Assembly (NCBI GenBank): GCA_964016885.1
Contig: OZ024759.1
Coordinates: 36,084,001 to 36,148,000, forward strand
Direction: 5' to 3'
Origin: Eledone cirrhosa
Lineage: Eukaryota
DNA length: 64,000 nt
The stretch's first letter is position 1, and each line of letters opens with the position of its first letter. This document shows positions 1-14,115 of this stretch, one piece after another. The position numbers and the translations under genes were made by a program. Under the pieces are notes generated by a model. The model was not told the origin of the DNA and searched no databases. It worked only from the letters and a program-made list of their open reading frames with translations.

Positions 1-6
1 TACATA

Positions 7-172
7 AAAATATATACCAAACTACATCAAACCACATCAAAATATATACCAAACTACATCAAAATATATACCAAACTACATCAAAATATATACCAAACCA
101 CATCAAAATATATACCAAACTACATCAAAATATATACCAAACCACATCAAAATATATACCAAACCATACCAA
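7..172. repeat. 22-bp minisatellite
   Basis: ccaaac(t/c)acatcaaaatatata repeated. Confidence 0.85.
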
Positions 173-1129
173 CTCTCTGTGGAGTATTAAAACTTTAAGG
201 AACCTTTTTTAGTTTTTCAGATCAATTCTTGTTGTTATTTAGCCCCAGCTCAGTCCTGATCCAGGATTTCAAAAGCATTTCAGCCATGACTATCTGGCCT
301 GATATGACCAGTTTAAATGCTAAAAGGTTACATCTCCTTCATCAGAACTGACCACTGGCTACTCAACAAGGATAATTCTGTTGGACTGAAACAGTCAATG
401 GCTGTTAGAATTAGTTTGCCTTTGTTTTTGTTCTTTTTTTATTTTTTTATTTTAAAAATATATTTTTAAAAAATATTAATTTATTAAAAATATATTTTTT
501 TAAAATACTAAAAATATTTTTGTGTAAAGAATTTTCTTTTCAATTTTTTTATTTCTGTTTATAAAATTCTGTACACTTTAGTAGTAGTACTAGTAGTAGC
601 AGTATTTAGTATTATTATTAGTAGTAGTAGTGCACTTAACAATATACCATTTAATGGTTATATCTATCAGTTTTGGTTGTATTTATCACGTTCATCATCA
701 TCATCATTGATTTGAAAAGTACAAAACTTTCACTATGACTGCATCACATTATAAAGTCTTTAACCTCTTCAGTGCCATAGACGAGATAACTCGTCCTAAC
801 ATGTTTGAACTCGTTTCCAACAGTTCATAACTTCAAAGCTAGAGGGGGTTACTAGTTTATTGATGTGACATTTGTCAATCATTCAGATACGTGTTGTTAA
901 TAAATGTTTGTTTTAAAAAAAAAGTCATTTTACTGCAACCCCTCCAGCACAGCAAATGGTGTTGTGTAATGCAGCAGTCAACAGGTTAATACTGCAAGTT
1001 TTCTCAAAGATCTGTGCACTAGTAAAGATGCTATAAATATTCGAATTTACAAGCTTGTTTATTTTGTTTTTTAATATTTTCTGCTAAGTTAAAGATAAGT
1101 TAAAGTTAATACGTTAATGAGCTTGTTAT

Positions 1130-1525
1130 ATTTAATTATCTTATTGCTTTGCTAATTAAATCATTACTGTGCCTATTAAATCACTACTATGATTATTAAA
1201 TTGTTGCTATTTTAATTAATTTAATGCTGTTCTAATTAATTTATTGCTTTGTTAATTAAATTATTGCTATGTTTATTAACTTATTGTTATGCTTATTAAA
1301 TTATTGTTATGCTTATTAAATTATTGCTATGTTTATTAACTTATTGTTATGCTTATTAAATTATCGCTTTGTTAATTAAATTAATCATGTGCTAATTAAT
1401 TTATTGCTGTTTTAATTGAATCATTGCTGTGCTAATTAAATTATTGCTATTTTGATTAAATCATTGCTATGCTAATTAAATCATTGCTGCACTAATTAGT
1501 TTATTACTGTTTAAATTAAATTATC
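1130..1525. repeat. 20-bp AT-rich minisatellite
   Basis: ttattgctatgctaattaaa-like units, about 19 copies. Confidence 0.85.
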
Positions 1526-2060
1526 AAACTCCCTGAACTGTCCTTGGTTCCACAGTACCAAACTGTTTGAAAGTGTTTATATTTATATAAAACTTTTCCA
1601 TCATAATTTTATATAAGAACTTTTGTTAAGTTATGCTCCAAACAGCAGCTTAATAATGAGAATGTTAGTAATTAACTGATCCAAATTCTTGATTTTCAAA
1701 GTTAGTTGCAAATTATAGGAAGTATTTTTATTAGAAATATTGTAATGAAAGGTTGAACATGATTTACTCAGTTAGCATTTGAGAAGTAATGTGATACTTA
1801 ACACCTGCAAACCCATGGTCAGTCATACTGTTGTATATATATATTGTTTCTGAGGATAGTATGGAGTTGCACAACTAATATCGATTAGTCTACTTGTCAA
1901 TTCAGGGAAGTAGCGGCTCTACTTGGAGTGACTCTCAATCCCCGAGTTATGCACTCTATCAAGTACCTTTACAACAAAGACCCTTTAGAGAAACTCCATT
2001 TCGGCTGCTTGTATTCACAATTGTATTCTTTCGGTTGTTACCCAAGATTTGTGACCATAG

Positions 2061-2494
2061 TTAACCCTTTAGCATTTAAACCGGTCATATCCGGCCAGAA
2101 TACTCTCGGCTCTTTCTGTCCAAACTGGCCGTAACTGGCCACTTATATTTATGTTAAGGTATCTTTCGCAAAATAAATATCAAAATCTCATAGATTCAAT
2201 ATTATATGAAATGATTATGTGAGGTAAAGCCTTTACAGTGATAATATAATAATGTATAAAGTAATGTAAATGTTATGTGAGATATTATGTGAGATAAAGC
2301 CTTTACAGTGATAATACAATAGTACATATAGAGTAATGTAAATGTTGTGAGATATTATGTAAGGTAAAGCCTTTACAGTGATAATACAATAGTACATATA
2401 GAGTAATGTAAATGTTGTGAGATATTATGTGAGGTAAAGCCTTTACAGTGATAATATAATAATGTATAAAGTAATGTAAATACTAAAGGGTTAA
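2061..2494. mobile_element. piggyBac-like MITE (TTAA-CCCTTTAG TIRs) with an internal ~60-bp tandem expansion
   Basis: ttaa-ccctttagcattta ... taaatactaaaggg-ttaa. Same family at 10342-10580, 11202-11414 and 49367-49564. Confidence 0.8.
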
Positions 2495-3653
2495 CAGTTG
2501 GCTTGAATACTGAATTGAAAATATCGAGGTTTGCTTTTACACTTAGCTCCCTTCTTTTGACAACTGAATGCTGAAGCTGGCATGTTACTGCAGATTTTGT
2601 TTTTAATATGATATATATATATATATATATGTATGTTGGACATATAAGCCCCTAGAGATATAAAAATGTGATGGTATCACCTGTGGCCAGGTGTAATTTT
2701 GTATCCCTTAGGTGATACTGTCCATTTTTTGCTTAACTTGTTTGGTTAATTTTCATTAACAAAATAAACTGCATTGAAGCAGCTTACATCAAGCTAACAT
2801 GCATTAAAAATTCAAAATTTGCTTCATGCTTAGTAAATACAATTAACCCTTTGTATCTCACATGCATCTTATCAAGTACACAAACTTGCATTACAAATGC
2901 AATCCCACCTTAATGCTTGAAATTGCATACCACAAGTTGGCTGATGAGGTAGAGATGCTGTTGTTTGTTTGTCTAATGTAACTGTTTTTCTGATACAGTA
3001 TATATATATATATATATATACATGATGATGATGATGATGGTGTGTGTATATGTGTCTATATATATATATATGTGTGTGTGTTTATGTATATATGTACATA
3101 TATATGTGTGTGCGTTTATGTATGTGTGTGTTTATATATATATGTACGTATGTAACCGTCAATCTGTTTCGATCTATTTCAGACGTACGCTGCTGAAGGA
3201 AGATTCACATTTACATCTCATCTAGCAGGAGAACATTTAGTTTGTCTTCACTCAAACTCCTCCGCATGGTTTTCCAGTGGTCAGTTGGTAGGTCAACACC
3301 TTTACTGCTTTATTTCCTATTGTTTCACCACTGGTCAGTGGTTCTTCTTGACCGTATCACCAACTACACCATATACTACTAAAAACTACTGACCACACAC
3401 CACACCGTGCACCACCTCTAAACCCACTACTCAACCAAACACCACCACACCACCAACCAGCCACTATGAAACTATTCACCAACACCACTATCGCCCCCTA
3501 CCAGACTATACACCAACACCACTACCACTCCATCTAATCACATACTGTCAACCACCATACCACTCCCCACCAAACATACACAACCCTCACCACTAACCAC
3601 CAACCACACCACACCACACCACTGACCACTGGTCTGTTGTCTGTTATTTCCAG

Positions 3654-3800
3654 AGAGTCCACCTTGACATCCAGGTTGGAGAACATGCCATTGACTATGC
3701 CCAGATCCAGACTAAAGATAAGTTGAGTGAACTGGAACTGCGAATCCGGCAGTTGTTGGATCAAGTGGAGCAGGTCACTAAAGAACAGAATTACCAGAGG
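3654..3800 (+). CDS. TMED9: p24-family cargo receptor (TMED9/TMED4 type), penultimate exon
   Basis: cag|AGA...AGG|gtcagt, 147 nt. Translates to [49 protein letters not shown], the GOLD-end/coiled-coil of p24-alpha proteins. Upstream exons are not in the window. Confidence 0.93.
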
Positions 3801-4424
3801 GTCAGTATCAACTTTATTATATATTTACAGAGAGAATCTAGTAGTGGTCAGATTTCGGGGAAATTGAAGACTATGTCAACATGTAATAGTTTCTGACTCG
3901 ACAGGTGAATCATTTATCCTAGTGTTTCCGTGGTGATCAACTGTGGCTACAATGAAGGTAATTCCAGGAGTGTTTATATATAATATAATAAGATGAATGT
4001 AACAACATCACAGAAGATCAATATTTATTATATAATTGACACGTGTTTCGCTAGTCTACAGGTGAACAAGATCCAGAAATGTTAGTCTGATAGGATTTAT
4101 TGGAGAATTTAATTTCCAGTATTTTGTAAAATCACCCTGGTAAATCAGCTCCTATGAATAAAGCAATATTTACATTTATGTATGGCGTCTATAATACATA
4201 CATATATATATATAAAGAGAGAGAGAGATTGAAAGGCGTGGAAAGGCGTGTCTTCATGTAGGAAGTAGGTTTTATACATAGCAGTACTGTGATGTACTGA
4301 GAAAGAGAAGAGAGAGGAGGAATGGTAGTTCTGGTGACACCACATCTAACTTATTCCCTGTGGCTAACATCGCTGTCGTTAGCCTTGTCACATAACGTCA
4401 TTTGTTCTTTGAATGGATTAAAGT

Positions 4425-4456
<32 letters not shown>

Positions 4457-4929
4457 AAAGGTGAAGGTGGAAATAGCACGGAAAATATATTTTAGAGTCT
4501 GCTTTTTTTTTTTTTCCTTTCTTTTATTCGTCAAAGTGACATTATTGAAAAAATGAGAGGGACAATTCTTTTAAAAGTTTTATAAAGTATTACCGGTTTC
4601 GATGTATTAATAAAATTCATCTTATCAAATGTTGAGTATTGCAATTAAAAATTAAGAGGTAAGTTTTTTTCATCTTCCCTGTTGAGAAGGACACTGGAGA
4701 ATGAACTCTTGTATATATAGAGAGAGAGGTGTAGTCAAAGTAGCAGCAGCTGTAGTGGTAGTTGTGTTTCTTCACAGAACAAAAATTTCATACTGTGGCA
4801 GGTATTTGAGAAATGATGGGAGTACTGCAGAGAGGTGTATTCATGGGCATATGACCGCATTCCTCAGGACTTGCTGTGGAAGGCAGTGCAGGAGTATGGG
4901 ATTGATAGCTTCTTGCTGTCTCTATATGA

Positions 4930-5555
4930 ATGCCTGAGTATTAGTGTTCAGATAATTGGAGCTAAATCGAAACCAATGTGAGAGTCGGACTCTGCCAAGG
5001 GTGTGTACTGTCACTTCCGTTCATTATTTACATGAACAGGATTGGCATGCACAGCCGGGTTGGAAGTGGTATCATGACTGGCAGGTGTAAAATCAGTCGG
5101 CTGGAATTTGCAGATGACATGGTGTTACTTAACTCGACAAAGTGATCCCCGACTTACACTCGATAAGTTTGATGGCTGGAATGAAAATCAGTGTTGCGAG
5201 AACTGAGACACTTGTCTTCTCAAGGAAGCTTGTGCAGTGCACTCTACATGTGAATGGAGTTCCACTGAAGCAGGTAGAGAAGTTCAAGTATCTTGGGGCC
5301 GGTTTCAGGAGTGATGAATGGCAGGAGACTGAATTAAGTGCAAGAATTACAAAAGCTGGTGTAGTTAGGTGCCAGCTTCAGCATTCAGTAATCAGAAGAA
5401 GGGAGGTAGGTGTAAAAACCAAACTCAATGTCTTCAATTTGATATTTGTACCAACCCTTACCTATGGTCATGAATCTTGGGTAATGACCGACAGAATATG
5501 ATTGTGAATATAAGCAACTGAAATGGGATTCCTCTGAAGGGTCTTTGGAGTAACA
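4930..5555 (+). mobile_element. degenerate RTE-clade LINE reverse transcriptase fragment (TMED intron)
   Basis: Broken frames give VGLCQGCVLS, LEFADDMVLL, MKISVARTETLVFSRK, VEKFKYLG and PTLTYGHESW. Confidence 0.8.
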
Positions 5556-6841
5556 TATATATATTACATTATATAAATATATTATATGTATATATATTAT
5601 ATATAACCTTATATATTATATATTAAATGACCGATAGATGTTTTTTAAAGCTGGTAAAATGCAGTAGAAAATGACGGACAAATGATGGTAAATGAAACAA
5701 AACAAGGTAATGTTTTAACCAGTGTATTAGGGTATGATATTTCAGAGTTATTACCCCTTTGTCAGGTGTGGAGCTGAAACAGTCCTAGATAAAACAAATG
5801 AACAATTTGAGCTTTATTCTGCAACTGGTGTTACATTTACATTTATATATATATGAGGGTAGATAAAGTTTTCTTTATGTATATTAAGAATGAATGCTTA
5901 AACAAGATAACTGCTTACCAGAGAATATATATATAAAATATTGGGTAGGAATCAAAGTTGAGGCAGTCACAAAGTACTCAATGAAACCAAGAAGCTAAAC
6001 ATTATCATTCAGAGTAAAACACAACAGTTATAACGTGTGACACCAAGAAAAACGATCAAATGCAGTGTCCATACTTATACCACAACAATGATAAATACAA
6101 AAAGGTTGAAGACTAATATATATATGTAATTATTATTATTACATTCTGCTTAGTACTACACCTCTATATTTACTGGAAACTTCTCATCGAGTGCTCACTC
6201 AGGTGAACCTACAGTAACTGGATGTTACTATCCTTAAATATATATATATATATATATATATATAAACGACAACAGAAGGCCGGACTGGAAGATATGCTTT
6301 AAAATATTAATTCCATGAAATCACTGAGCTAGACATGGTCACCTGACCAATCTTGCTTCAAGTGGGACAATTCCCGTCTAACCCATGCTAACATGGAAGA
6401 TAGACGTTAAACGATGATATTTCAATGGCCCAGCTCCATCCAATTAGGATACAAGACAGGACGATCTCATCAGTAAACTTGGACAGGATTACATTGAACC
6501 CAAACTTATACATATAAAAATGTGGTTGGTGTTAGGAAGGGCATCCAGCTGTAAAATACCTGGCCTAATTTACAGTCCTTGTCGGAGCAAGGTGTGGCAT
6601 GGCTGACTCTGGCCAGACTTGCCTCTTGGCGTGGATGACCCGTCTAACCCATGTGAACATAGAAAAATGGATGCAAAACAATGATGATGATGATATATAT
6701 ATATATTCCTCTTTGTTGCTAAATTTGAAAATTTTCTTCTAAAGTGCAATGTAAGAAAGAAAGAAAAATTAAGGGAATTTCTGCACTGTGTAATTAACAC
6801 TTTTTTTTTTTCCTTTTTTTTTTCCCCCTTGTTAATTACAG

Positions 6842-6991
6842 TATCGAGAAGAAAGATTCAGAATGACCAGTGAAAGTACAAACCAGAGAGTTTTATGGTG
6901 GTCCATTGCCCAAACAATTATTCTTATAATTACAGGATTCTGGCAGATGAGACATTTAAAGAGTTTCTTTGAGGCAAAGAAACTCGTTTAG
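6842..6991 (+). CDS. TMED9: p24-family cargo receptor (TMED9/TMED4 type), last exon
   Basis: Polypyrimidine tract plus acag acceptor. Translates to [49 protein letters not shown], with a TM helix, FF motif and C-terminal KKxx ER-retrieval signal. In phase with the exon at 3654-3800. Confidence 0.95.
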   Translation, partial: YREERFRMTSESTNQRVLWWSIAQTIILIITGFWQMRHLKSFFEAKKLV

Positions 6992-7334
6992 TTAATCCAA
7001 CAGGTGGGGAGGGTGGGGGAAATATTTTGATTTGTTGGTTTTGTTAATTTTTTTTTTTTTTTTGCAATCATCCTCATTTTTCTTTTTCTTAGTTGAGCCT
7101 AAATACTTTTATTTTAATTATGTAAATTATTTAAAATATTTTCTTTTAACCCTTTAGTACTTGAAAGTTTGTTTTTTTGATCTGATCCTTCTACTACTCC
7201 TCTTCCTCCTCCTATTACTCATATATCATCATTGTACATTTTCTCAAACATCTCTATGTTGTAACATGCTGCCAACAAAGGGTTAAAAAAGTGTTCCCCA
7301 TTTTCATAGTGGTCTGAGAAAAAACAAAAATTTC

Positions 7335-7346
7335 AATAAAAATAAA
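7335..7346 (+). promoter_or_regulatory. candidate polyadenylation signal (tandem AATAAA) of the TMED gene
   Basis: AATAAA-AATAAA about 345 nt after the stop, followed by a GT/T-rich tract. Confidence 0.45.
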
Positions 7347-7479
7347 AAAAAACGTTTTTTTTGTGTTTATTTTTCCTTCATTTCTTGAAATTGATGAAAT
7401 TCACCATCAGGATAACGGACAACTTGTATATAATATATCTGTTATACAGAATTTATTTAGCCATCAGTCAGCCTACGTA

Positions 7480-8750
7480 AGGAGATTTAATATACTCTGA
7501 GAGATTGATAGAAAAAAGCACAATAGATCATCCAACCATCTCAAGGTGGTGACAAAAAAGGCAATGCTTGAATTTGAATAGCATATAGCAACCAACCCTG
7601 ACATCAAAGTGTTTGGGAAATATATACATTCAAAGCAGAGACCTCACTCTCCTGTTGGTCCTCATCACAATCCTCACACAAGCCGGATTACTGATGATCC
7701 AAAATAATGCGTAGAACTGATTGCTGAATGCTATGCAGGTATTTTTACTGTTGAAAACCAAAATGTACCATCTCCACCACCTCTGACATCAATTTCTATG
7801 ACAACTAAGGAATTTACACCTGCAATGCTGCAATGCCATCTTAAGATTAAGTGCAACTATGCCTCTCCTGGTCTTAATGGTGTTACATACCTGCTTCTCA
7901 AACATGGTGGGTATTTTCTTCTACACCAGCTTTCACTCTTCTTTCAATTTTGTCTTAACAATGCTGTTACACCAGAGCAGTAAAAATCTTCCAATGTTCA
8001 AAAAATGTGATCGCATGTCGCCTGTCAACTATTGTCCAGTTAGTCTTACTAGCTGCATCACCAAACTGATGGAATCCTGTGTCAGAGAAACACTCTGGAA
8101 CTTCTGGAATTCTCACAGCCTTATCTGGCCCTCACAATTTGGATTTATTCCTAACTCCAGCTCCTGTGATCAACTTATCGAGTTTCTTGAAGACATTACC
8201 CGGATCACTGATGGCAGCTCATGGGTGGATGTTGTTTATCTTGACTTTGCTAAAGCTTTTAATTCTGTGTCACACAAAAGACTTATGGCAAAACTCTGTC
8301 GAAAAGAGGTAATCACGGTTCTAGGACAACATTCTTCACCCTATGAGATGACATCTGGTGTACCACAGGTATTTGTTCTTGGTCTCCTTTTGTTTGTTGC
8401 ATATATTAATGACATAGATGCCAACTTAAAGAATACCAGTGCTGAAATATGCAGATGGCATCAAGCTGTACCTTGAGATAAAGTACACAATAGATCTTTC
8501 CTGCAATCAGACCTGGACACAATGCAGCAATGGATTATGGACTGGCAACTCAAGTTAGCTGTGGACAAGTGTACCACCATGTATTTTGGGAGGAAAAACC
8601 CAGCGTTCACATACTCCCTTTACAACACTAATCTCAAGAAGTCTACTTACAAATGTGACTTGGGCATTATTGTAAACAGCGATTTGCGTTGGACAAAGCA
8701 AATCTCTAAAATTGTCAAGAAGGCCGAGGGTGCCTTAGCATCACTCAGTT
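7480..8750 (+). mobile_element. degenerate CR1-type LINE ORF2 (RT) fragment
   Basis: NYCPVSLTSCITKLME, QFGF, DVVYLDFAKAFNSVSH, SGVPQ..LG.LLFVAYIND and DLGIIVNSDLRW, with stops and frameshifts. Confidence 0.88.
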
Positions 8751-9586
8751 GTAATAAATACCAGACCGAGGGTGTCTTAGCATCACTCAGTTGTAATAAA
8801 TACCACAAGGCATTCTCCCTGATAACTCAACAAATAAAAACACAACGATAGACATGTTGTAAAAACCTGATATTTATAATTCCAGATATACAAAGTATTA
8901 ACCCTTCAGATCTGAGGAAGTGTATAAGGCAACAACTAATAGAAAGGTTAGGAAAATAGAGCTGCTGATACATCGTATAGTTTTATAGATTACATATGAA
9001 GACATATAGTAACAGAGACATACTTATATAGAAATATATATAAAGACATGGAAGTATAGAGTAATGGGGACAGAGGCAGATATATAGAGCTAGTGGGGAA
9101 AATATACATAAGACGTATATAGACAGACAGGAAAATATGAGGCAGGGAGGCATACTTGAGGCAGAAAATATACATGATACAGAGATAGGAAAACATACAG
9201 GAGATAGAAATATAGAGACATAGAAAAGGATTAATGGGCAACAGAAACTGGAATATATAAACTATATTGAAATAAATTACTGAAATCACATAAAATTTAC
9301 CACAGGGATGGTTTTTGTTGAGTATTAAACAGTCACCGACTACAGAAAGTACATAGCTATACATGAACACATTCTCTATATGTGTATATACAGAGAGAGA
9401 GAGAGAGAGCTGATATAAGACATAGGGACATACATATGCTTATATGTATATATATACATACATAGTGTTGTGTGTGTGTGTGTGTATATATATACACACG
9501 GCTGTGTATGTGTTTCTTTTTCTTTTCTACAGATTGAAAAAGAATCTATTTACAGAAAATGTTCATATACACATGCACATATATAT

Positions 9587-9617
<31 letters not shown>

Positions 9618-10341
9618 CATGTGCATGCATATATTTATATGTACATGCACATAAATATCTATATATATACATGGACATTATTTATATTTATATATATATA
9701 TATATAGTAACAACACAACACCCACTGATTCATTACTTTGGCACATCTCATAACATTCCATTCTTCCCCATCTAAATATCAGTTGACCTTGTCTAAAATA
9801 TCAGACGACAGTGTACAACATAACAACATTTGTATGTCTGTGTTGAGCTTTTTTTATATATTTCGCATGTATAAAATGCATCATTTAAGTTTAAATACAT
9901 ATATATGTGTGTGTATATATATACATGTAAATGTATAAATATATTTACACTTTATACATATAAATGTATATATATACATACATACACACATAAAATATAC
10001 ACACACACTTAAAAGATTGCAGATTGAAACAATATAAAATAAATAAAAAATGTTTGAACAATTTCAAAAATACAAAATACAAAAAAAAGGTTAAGCTTTA
10101 GTTTAAAATTTTTCATTTTCTTAAATTTCAAATCATTTTTCAAATGATTTTTTATTAATATAATTTTTAATTAAACCCATCGTTAAATTTAAAAATCACT
10201 TAATACAAAAATCATTTCATCATTGAAAATATACGGCTGACAAGATTTTACTCATAGATGCAAGAAATACCAAATTTTTGTACAAATATTTAAGACATTG
10301 ATTAAACACAAATAAATATACAAATAAATTAATGAGAATAT

Positions 10342-10580
10342 TTAACCCTTTAGCATTTAAATCAGCCATATCCGCTCACCTCTTTCTGTTTAAACCAGCC
10401 ATATATGGCCAGAATTATCTCGCCTCTTTCTATTTAAACTGGCCACTCATACTGATGTTAAAGTATTGTTTTCAAAATAAATAACCTACAAATCTCGTAG
10501 ATTCGATATTATGTGAGGTAAAGCCTTTACCACAAAAATACAATAGTATATATAGGGTAATGTAAATGCTAAAGGGTTAA
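10342..10580. mobile_element. piggyBac-like MITE
   Basis: TTAA target duplication and perfect TIRs ccctttagcattta / taaatgctaaaggg. Confidence 0.82.
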
Positions 10581-11201
10581 AAAAAAAAGGATAAAACTAG
10601 TTATCTTGATTGAAATCTAATTAAAGCAATTACTTAAAACATTAACTAGAAATATTTAGTACTAACAATAATTATAACATGTCAAAAAATTTATCAATTA
10701 CATTTTTGTTATATTAAAATATATATATATGTTATATATATGTGTGTTGTGTGTACATACAAATATTTTATAGGGTGGTGTTTTTTTTTTGTACAAAAAT
10801 ATTACCAATTTACATAATTTTGATAATTTTCTTGTTTTTTTCATAGTTTATAAATTATCATTGTCAATATTTTATTAATACCAATGTCACAGTATATAAG
10901 GGTGATTTGAAATTATTGATAAATATGGAACTTGACAAACATTTGTGTGAATGACTGTAAAAATGAGTATATATATATCTATATATATATGTCATCTTCA
11001 TTATCACTGTTTAACGTCTATTGTCCGTTCTTGCATGGATTAGACAGGCCGTTATGAGGCCTAACTGGTCAGGTGTCTTGCTCATATGTTGATTTGGCTT
11101 GGTTTCCACGGCTGATATATATGTACATACATATATATCTGTATATGTGTATATATATATATGTATGTAGGAAAAAGAAATCAGAAATGCAATTGGAGTC
11201 T

Positions 11202-11414
11202 TTTAAACCAGCCATATCCGGTCAAAATTCTCTCACCTCTTTCTGTTCAAACTGGCTGTAATCGGCCACTCATACTAATGTTAAGGTATTGTTCTCAAAA
11301 TAAATGATATCAAAATCTCATAGATTCGATATTATGTGAGATAATTATTAGATAAAGCCTTTACCATGAAAATAGAATAGAATTTATAGAGTAATGTAAA
11401 TGCTAAAGGGTTAA
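11202..11414. mobile_element. piggyBac-like MITE with left TIR lost, nested in a foldback element
   Basis: Body and right TIR as in 10342-10580. Confidence 0.7.
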
Positions 11415-11680
11415 GAAGGTTTATTTACAATAATTTATAACTTTACCGGTTTCGCAAGTTTCAGGATTTTCAAAAGTTAAGAGAGATGTGGCTATGCTGA
11501 CTTATAACTCAGATGTGAGCTATATGTTGGCATAGCCACACATCTCTCTATCTCCCTTAACTTTTGGAAACCAGTAAAGTTAAATTATTGTAAATAAACC
11601 TTAAAGACTCCAATTGCATTTGCAACTTCTTTTTCCTATATTTTTACTTGTGTGGGACATAAAAAAAACCTTACTTTCAA

Positions 11681-11715
<35 letters not shown>

Positions 11716-13874
11716 TATACATATCAATCTCCAGTGTTTCTACTGTTCAGTGATGCCTATATTTTCATAACTCAAATATTTTTAATGTAAGTCACATGAT
11801 ATTGTTGGCAACCAATGACATGTATCATAGAGGTGTCACATGACAAATTTACCAGTATTTAAGTGATGGTCAATGTTTGTCATTTTTTTTTGTTTTTGCC
11901 TTATGAGCAGGTTTTTTTTTACATTTAAAAATAAATAGTTTAATTGATCTCAATAGGTTTTTACATCTTCAATAATTCTTTCAAACATTGAATAAGATTT
12001 AAAATACAATGTTTGAAGTTAATCAATGTTTGGTAAATAAAAATATATACGCGGTTATGATTGTTTGAGGGGGAAAAGCTGGTACAACATCAACACCTCA
12101 CTCCAACCTCATTCTATTCATAGTGGCATTCGTACCACTGTGTGAGAAGTACTGATACCACTGCATGGGACCTATATTAATAGTGCATGCTAAAGTTTAG
12201 AACATACAGCTTATATATATTTATAAACAACTTAAGGATATTTGAAATGTCCTGAAATAAATTGAAATAAAGTCATAACTTTACTATTTTTTCTTCTCAA
12301 AACGAACAAAATAAATTAAAAACACAAACGAAAACGAAAAAGAAACTGGCCAAAAAATACCCAAGGGTATTAGAATATTCACCTCCCACCCCACCCAAAG
12401 CTTTGCAACTATGTAAGGTCTACCTAAATGTTAGATGGTCTCGGCTGTTGGTGGGAGAGTATCCTTAAAATAAACGAAAAAACAGACACTAATTGTAAGA
12501 CAGGATGGTCATATCTGGAACGCCCTTGATCATAAGCCTGCTTCATTAGAGCAGCAGCTTACCATACTATACAACTCCTTAAGTCTTATCCTTGTGATGC
12601 TACAAAAATAACTTGTTTGTATCATTATAGAAATCTTATTAACCTTTTCAAGACAACATTTCTAATGAAATACACTATTTTAATTAATTAATGAAGAATT
12701 TTGAAGGATTTATTAAAATTATTAATTATTTCATTACTATGATAGTAACTTAATGTAAGCTTCTTATATAAAATTATGTTGGGTGATTTTATTTCATAGA
12801 ACCAGAGCTGGTTTTGGCCGGTTTTAACTAAATGGTTAACCCATTCAATACTAAACCACCCATCCCACTCCTGGTTCTATAACACAACACTATATTTATC
12901 TAAAAACCTTCCATTATAATTTTATGTAAGAACCTTTGTTATCTTGTTTCAAACACTAGCTTAATAATGGGAAAGTTAGTTATATTACAAAATCTCCCTA
13001 AATTCTAGATAATTTGAAAACCATACAGTGTCTTCTATTAGAAATATGCTAATAAGAGGATAGATTTAGTCACAGCTCCGATACTATGGGGTTAGAATGT
13101 CTTGGGAAAGAATCACTGGACAGATTATAGGGGCAAAATCAACCGGCAGGAGAGCAAGATGGTTGGATAATATCCATGAACTTGGCTGGTCTGTTTTGGG
13201 CATCCAGCTGGATCAGTTGGAGACACTTGCTTCTGACACGGTCCGTTGGAGTGTTTGAGGACTCTGCTCCCATGACCCTCTCAGGAATAAGAGGGCGAAA
13301 AAGAAGAGAAAATTTTCACAGCATTTGAATTCATTTCAAAATACCCAATACACAATACCCAGTACCCTGTCTGGCTTCTCAAACTTAGTTTATGGGTTTT
13401 CACATAATATTCATTCTTGTAAATCCTGTTGTTAACTCTTAACATCCTGTACCACAGCAAACCATATTAGCAAGACATTCTTCAAAAGTATAAAACAGCA
13501 CTAGGACTGCATCATATTAAGTTTTTACTCTAATACTGCAAATGTTTACAGTAGTAAAGATATTATAAACATTTGAATTAACAAACCCGTATTTAGATAT
13601 TTTCTGCTAAATACTTACAGAATGTTAAGAGTTAAGGGTTAGGGGTTAGGGTTGACCAACAATCAGATGCTGCAACATAATTCTTGGAAATCTTATATTG
13701 CATTGTCAATATTAAAGGATTCCAAACTATATTTGCTACCCCCAGCTCCCTTTACCATTTTGGGGAGAGGGAAGTTATGGAATGTTTCAAATTTTTGGAA
13801 TGTCCAAGTAGTACTTCCTCAAACATTAGAAAAAAAACAGCCATTTTTTAATCTGTGCTAATATATATATATAT

Positions 13875-13924
13875 CTGATGAATTAAGACAGACATAAATA
13901 TCTGTCTTCAAGAAACCACTGGTA
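13875..13924 (+). ncRNA. hammerhead-like motif, stem I lost into (TA)n
   Basis: CUGAUGA-auu-AAGACAGA(cauaaaua)UCUGUCUU-caa-GAAAC-CACUG-GUA. Confidence 0.45.
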
Positions 13925-14115
13925 AATGAAATAATTATCTTATGTTGTTTATTACATAACGTTAAGGGTGAAAGCAGCGATTCTTTGCTTAAACTTTAAT
14001 CTGTTATTTTAATAAATATTTGCTCTAGGGTTCTTATATATTTGATATATATTTATCCTTATCGAGCCCTCTTTGGATTTTAGTCTTCAAATTTATTATT
14101 ATTACTATATATATA

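Noticed and set aside
3150-4060. Partial hammerhead cores (GAAAC..GUC near 4040-4052 minus; near 3160-3225 minus)
   Set aside because: No intact CUGANGA partner or stem I could be identified.
13625-13652. Telomere-like TTAGGG motifs (also 15071-15092)
   Set aside because: Only 2-3 degenerate units, consistent with repeat ends rather than an interstitial telomere.
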